Below are positions 60,324-64,000 of a DNA stretch of 64,000 bases, in pieces; position 1 is the first letter of the stretch; every line of letters begins with the position of its first letter. The stretch is from the NCBI GenBank assembly GCA_963555825.3, contig CAUVXB020000002.1, positions 1,440,001-1,504,000 on the forward strand. Direction: 5' to 3'. A program made the translations under genes and the position numbers. Below the pieces are notes generated by a model that saw only the letters and a list, made by a program, of their open reading frames with translations, searched no databases and was not told the origin of the DNA. Origin of the DNA: Alphaproteobacteria bacterium (GTDB lineage Bacteria; Pseudomonadota; Alphaproteobacteria; JAAXGF01).

Positions 60324-61457
60324 CTATTCGACGACAGCACCCACCGGGATCAGCCCGGTTTCCAGATACCGCCAAAGCGCGATCGCCAGTTTGCGGGCCA
60401 GGGCGACGATCATGACGCGCCTGATGCGCCCCTTCTGACCTTGGGTGCGGTCATGGAACCACTGGGTCAGAGCGCTATCGGGTTGATGGCGGACCCAAAG
60501 CCATGCGGCTTCGATCATGGCAACCCGTGCCAGCCGATTGCCCGCCTTGGAGATGCCTTGGCTGCGGCGCCCGTCGCCGCTGTCATAGGCACTGGGCGTG
60601 ATCCCGATATAGCTTGCCACCTGTCGGCGATTGGCGAACTGGCGATAATAGACTTCCCGTGCGAGCGTCGTGGATAAGGCCGGGCCGAGGCCCTTTAAGC
60701 GCAGCAGCTGGTGACGCTTGCTTTCCGTGGCCACACACGGTGTCGGCGCTTGATCACGCTCACGCTCGACCTCGACGATCTGCGCTTGGACCTGGGCCAG
60801 TCTCGCGATCTCCCGCGCGATCTCGCGGCCGAGACGGTCCGGCAGGGGTCGGCCGTCTCCGGTGACCAGCGCCGCCGGTGTCAAGGTCTTGTAGCGCGCC
60901 TTGACATTGATGCCGCGAATGCCCTGACCGAATAGCAGACCCTTGATCCGGTTGATGTGGGCGGTTCGCTCGCGGACCAATCGGTCACGTTCCCGATGAG
61001 AGCGGCGAAGGTCCTCCTCCGCGACGCTCGGAATCACCACCATGGAGCAGACATGACGCTCGCCGCGGCACCAGGCGATCAGCGTATGAAGAATATTCTC
61101 GACATCGATGCGGTCGGTCTTCACCCGCCGCGCCCGGCGGTTGACCCGCAAGCTGGCCGGCTCCATGACCAGACACTCGATGCCGCGCTGCTCGAGGAAC
61201 CGCGCCAACCAGAAGCCGTCGTAGCCGGCCTCGTAGCACAGCGTTATCGTCGGCGTTCGACCCGTCACCTTGACCACCCGGTCCCGCGCCGCGTCCAGCT
61301 TGGCCATCAGTCCTTCAGCGTCGCCGCCCTTGATCGGATGCAAGCTCGGATTGCCCCGCCCCGGAGCCTGGATCGCCAAAAGCCAGCTGTTCTTGCTCAA
61401 CTCCAGTGCCGCATAAATAGCGTGTTCATTGGAGGTCGATACCGGAAACTGTGCCAT
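60324..61457 (-). CDS. IS110 recombinase (RuvC-like plus Tnp20)
   Basis: ALELSK, CYEAG, KTDRID, GITPSAYDSG, ISKAGN, VALARKL. Confidence 0.93.
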   Translation of the reverse strand: MAQFPVSTSNEHAIYAALELSKNSWLLAIQAPGRGNPSLHPIKGGDAEGLMAKLDAARDRVVKVTGRTPTITLCYEAGYDGFWLARFLEQRGIECLVMEPASLRVNRRARRVKTDRIDVENILHTLIAWCRGERHVCSMVVIPSVAEEDLRRSHRERDRLVRERTAHINRIKGLLFGQGIRGINVKARYKTLTPAALVTGDGRPLPDRLGREIAREIARLAQVQAQIVEVERERDQAPTPCVATESKRHQLLRLKGLGPALSTTLAREVYYRQFANRRQVASYIGITPSAYDSGDGRRSQGISKAGNRLARVAMIEAAWLWVRHQPDSALTQWFHDRTQGQKGRIRRVMIVALARKLAIALWRYLETGLIPVGAVVE

Positions 61458-62496
61458 CGTGTCGCTCCTTCTGATCGAGGTTGAAATAATCGAAGGAGCT
61501 TGAGGCTGCGTCCTTCAGCCTCATAGCATCTTGTGGCCCCGCAGCCGCGCCGCCTGGCGCCGGCGGCACTGTTCGGCGAGAGCATCGTTGAGGGCCGCGA
61601 AGCTCTCGGCACGCGGGACGGGGACCAGGAAGTTCCGCCGGATGAAGCCGACCAGTCCCTCGACCTTGCCCTTGTCGTTGCCCTTGCCCGGCCGGCCGAA
61701 CCTGTCCTCGAACAGATAGTGGGACTGAAGCTCCGTGAAGACGCGCGTTCGCTGCCGCTTCCCATCGCCCAGGATCCGGGCAACCGCCAGCTTGGTGTTG
61801 TCGTACAGGATGGATCGGGGGACGCCGCCGAAGAAGGCAAACGCCGCGTTGTGGCCATCGCAGAATGCTTCGGTCGTCTCCGCCGGATAGGCCGCAACAA
61901 AGCAACCATCACTGTGGGGAAGGTCGAAGGCAAGGAAGTGGATCTTCCGTAACGCGCCGCCGATCACCGCCATCGCTTCGCCGAAGTCCGCCTGGGCGTG
62001 ACCGGGGGAATGGGAGAGTGGCACGAACACCTCACGCGACCGAAGCCCCTGCTCACGAACGTAGTCCTTCACGATGGTGTAGCCGCCCGTGAAACCGTAC
62101 TCGTCCCGGAGGCGGTCGAAGATGCGCTTCGCAGTGTGCCGTTGCTTGCGGTGGCTGGTCCGATCGTCTTCCAAGATCCGATCGATGATTCCCGTGAACG
62201 GACCCAGCTTTGGCCGCCTCGGCGGCGCGCTTCGGCGATACCCTGGCGGCACCGAGAACGACAGCATCTTACGGACCGTCTTGCGGTCTACACCAAACAC
62301 CCGCGAGGCCTCGCGGGTGCTCATCCCCTCGACATGACACGCCCGCCGAACCCGTGCGTACAACTCCACCCGATACATCCCCCCCGCCTTCCAGTCAGAG
62401 CAACCCTGACAGAAGGCTATACGCGGTCCCATTTTGGTCCGCCGCAGCCGGATCGACCGGCCGCTTCAGTGGGGGATTATTGCTCTGCCGTTCTCA

Positions 62497-62733
62497 CCTA
62501 GCCGATTTCAACGGCGACTGGGCCGGGCGAGCATTGGAATTGGTGTCTGCTGGTTCAAGGCCGGCGCCGGCCAGCATATTGCGCGAATGCGTGAAATGTG
62601 CGGCGTTCTTGACGAGATCGGTTATCCAATCACTTGCTGCTGGACGGCGGAACCGGGCTGGCAGATTTATCAGGACGACTTTCAGATCGTCGCGCTCGAC
62701 CACAAGCGTCCGGCCAACGAATGCTGGATGTAG
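62497..62733 (+). pseudogene. 3' remnant of a hypothetical gene truncated by IS21
   Basis: Protein-like tail (CWFK..AGQHIARMRE...PGWQIYQDDFQIVA) starts at the IS end. Confidence 0.4.
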
Positions 62734-62895
62734 TGGACGTTGGGTTCTGGTTGCTTTCGGCGGGGCGCACCCGACGCGCGGTGCCCTTCTCGTCGTGGAT
62801 CGGACGGTGTGCGGCGCGTTGACGCGCCTGTCCATGGTAAGCACACCGGGCTAACATGGAGCGGACAGTCGGCAGAGCAGGGGAGCGCGCCACTC

Positions 62896-63276
62896 ATGGG
62901 CGTCATCGGCATCGAGGAGATATTTCTCAAGGTCAAGGACATGGAGAAGGCGCTCGACTTCTACCACGGCATCGTCGGTCTGCCGATCGACAAGCAAGAC
63001 GGCGAACGCACCTATCTGCAGGCCGAGCGCGGCCACATCGTGCTGCAGATCGAGAACCACACCGGTCGCCACCAGGGCGGCGGCCCACTGCACTTCGCCT
63101 TCACCGTCAGCGAGGAGACCTTCGACGAGATTTTGGCGAAGTTCGCCGGCGGCACACACTTCACCCGCGGCCCCTACGGCGAGCGCGGCGCGGGCCGGGC
63201 GTTCTTTATGATCGACCCCGACGGCAACGAGGCGGAAGTCAACACCCGCTACTTATACGGCGCGCCGATGCGCTGA
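62896..63276 (+). CDS. VOC/glyoxalase family protein
   Basis: VKDMEKALDFY, HFAF, DPDGNEAE. Confidence 0.85.
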   Translation: MGVIGIEEIFLKVKDMEKALDFYHGIVGLPIDKQDGERTYLQAERGHIVLQIENHTGRHQGGGPLHFAFTVSEETFDEILAKFAGGTHFTRGPYGERGAGRAFFMIDPDGNEAEVNTRYLYGAPMR

Positions 63277-63416
63277 GGCGCCGACGATTAGATCGATGGC
63301 CACCGGCTTTGCACCGCGCCTGAGTGCGCCCTAGAAGCAATCGGCTGCCCAATCGGAAAGCGATGTCCGCTCACCGCTTGGAACCGGACGTCGGAGACGA
63401 GGTCGCTCGATGTCTC

Positions 63417-64000
63417 CTTATATGAGGCGTTTGCTGTCAAGGTGGATTTAATCTACGCCACATGATCGTCTCTTCCATTGGTTATGGCTTTGTATCCAGG
63501 GCGGGTCTTGCGATGAGTTCCGTGTTTCGTGCGAGTGATCGCATCACCTTATATCCGGCAGCTCCGATCCGGCTTGCCACAATGCTGTATACATGGACCA
63601 TCACAGGACGGGGATGGGACTAATCTTGTGGACGGCACCTTCGCCAAGGAGACATGCAGTCACACATCCAACCTGCCAACAAGCGTTCCCATCGGGGAAT
63701 GAAGCCCGTTAGAACGCTGAGCTGATCCGCAGTCCTATTTGACGACAGCACCCACCGGGATCAGCCCGGTTTCCAGATACCGCCAAAGCGCGATCGCCAG
63801 TTTGCGGGCCAGGGCGACGATCATGACGCGCCTGATGCGCCCCTTCTGACCTTGGGTGCGGTCATGGAACCACTGGGTCAGAGCGCTATCGGGTTGATGG
63901 CGGACCCAAAGCCATGCGGCTTCGATCATGGCAACCCGTGCCAGCCGATTGCCCGCCTTGGAGATGCCTTGGCTGCGGCGCCCGTCGCCGCTGTCATAGG
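63417..64000 (-). mobile_element. IS110 (IS1111-type) element, copy 2, partial; recombinase 3' end at 63735-64000
   Basis: Near-identical to copy 1; clean end ATGTCTC|CTTATATGAGGC. Confidence 0.9.
63430..63734 (-). ncRNA. Candidate bridge/seek RNA, copy 2 (boundaries approximate)
   Basis: Guide-like segments at 63646-63655, 63625-63631, about 63582-63588 and 63548-63554. Confidence 0.75.

Larger units (their letters stand above)
60062..61531 (-). mobile_element. IS110-family (IS1111-type) element, copy 1
   Basis: CT core at both ends; sub-terminal IR GCCTCATA; long non-coding region 3' of the recombinase. Confidence 0.9.
59411..62378 (-). pseudogene. istA: IS21 transposase split by IS110
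   Basis: AQADFG, LYDNTK, KGKVEG...RLRGHK | ETIGERL...YSVP. Confidence 0.9.
58459..62496 (-). mobile_element. IS21-family element interrupted by IS110
   Basis: IRs TGTCAATGGCGGAGCAAAAA / TTATTGCTCTGCCGTTCTCA with internal repeats; no TSD seen. Confidence 0.88.

Overview
GC-rich alphaproteobacterial (Rhodospirillales-like) chromosomal segment. The core genes are hldE, mtnP-apt-mtnA, petABC, trmL, hemF, cca, a MoxR/DUF58/BatA cluster, hyi/glxR, the aa3 cytochrome oxidase operon, tldD and kbl-tdh. At least nine IS copies are present (IS3, IS3/IS481-like, two identical plus one different IS630, IS256, IS21, two IS110/IS1111), several of them nested, along with MITE/REP-like repeats and many pseudogenes. 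The best find is an IS1111-type IS110 element whose downstream non-coding region carries readable guide segments. These match both its insertion sites (target ATGTCTC-CT-TGTGG) and its own joined ends (donor ATAGCAT-CT-TATAT), giving a bridge-RNA recombination system whose specificity can be read from sequence. Scrambled IS110 fragments inside kbl, next to a matching target site, suggest the element is polymorphic or active in the sequenced population. All coordinates and matches were read by eye; no database searches were run.
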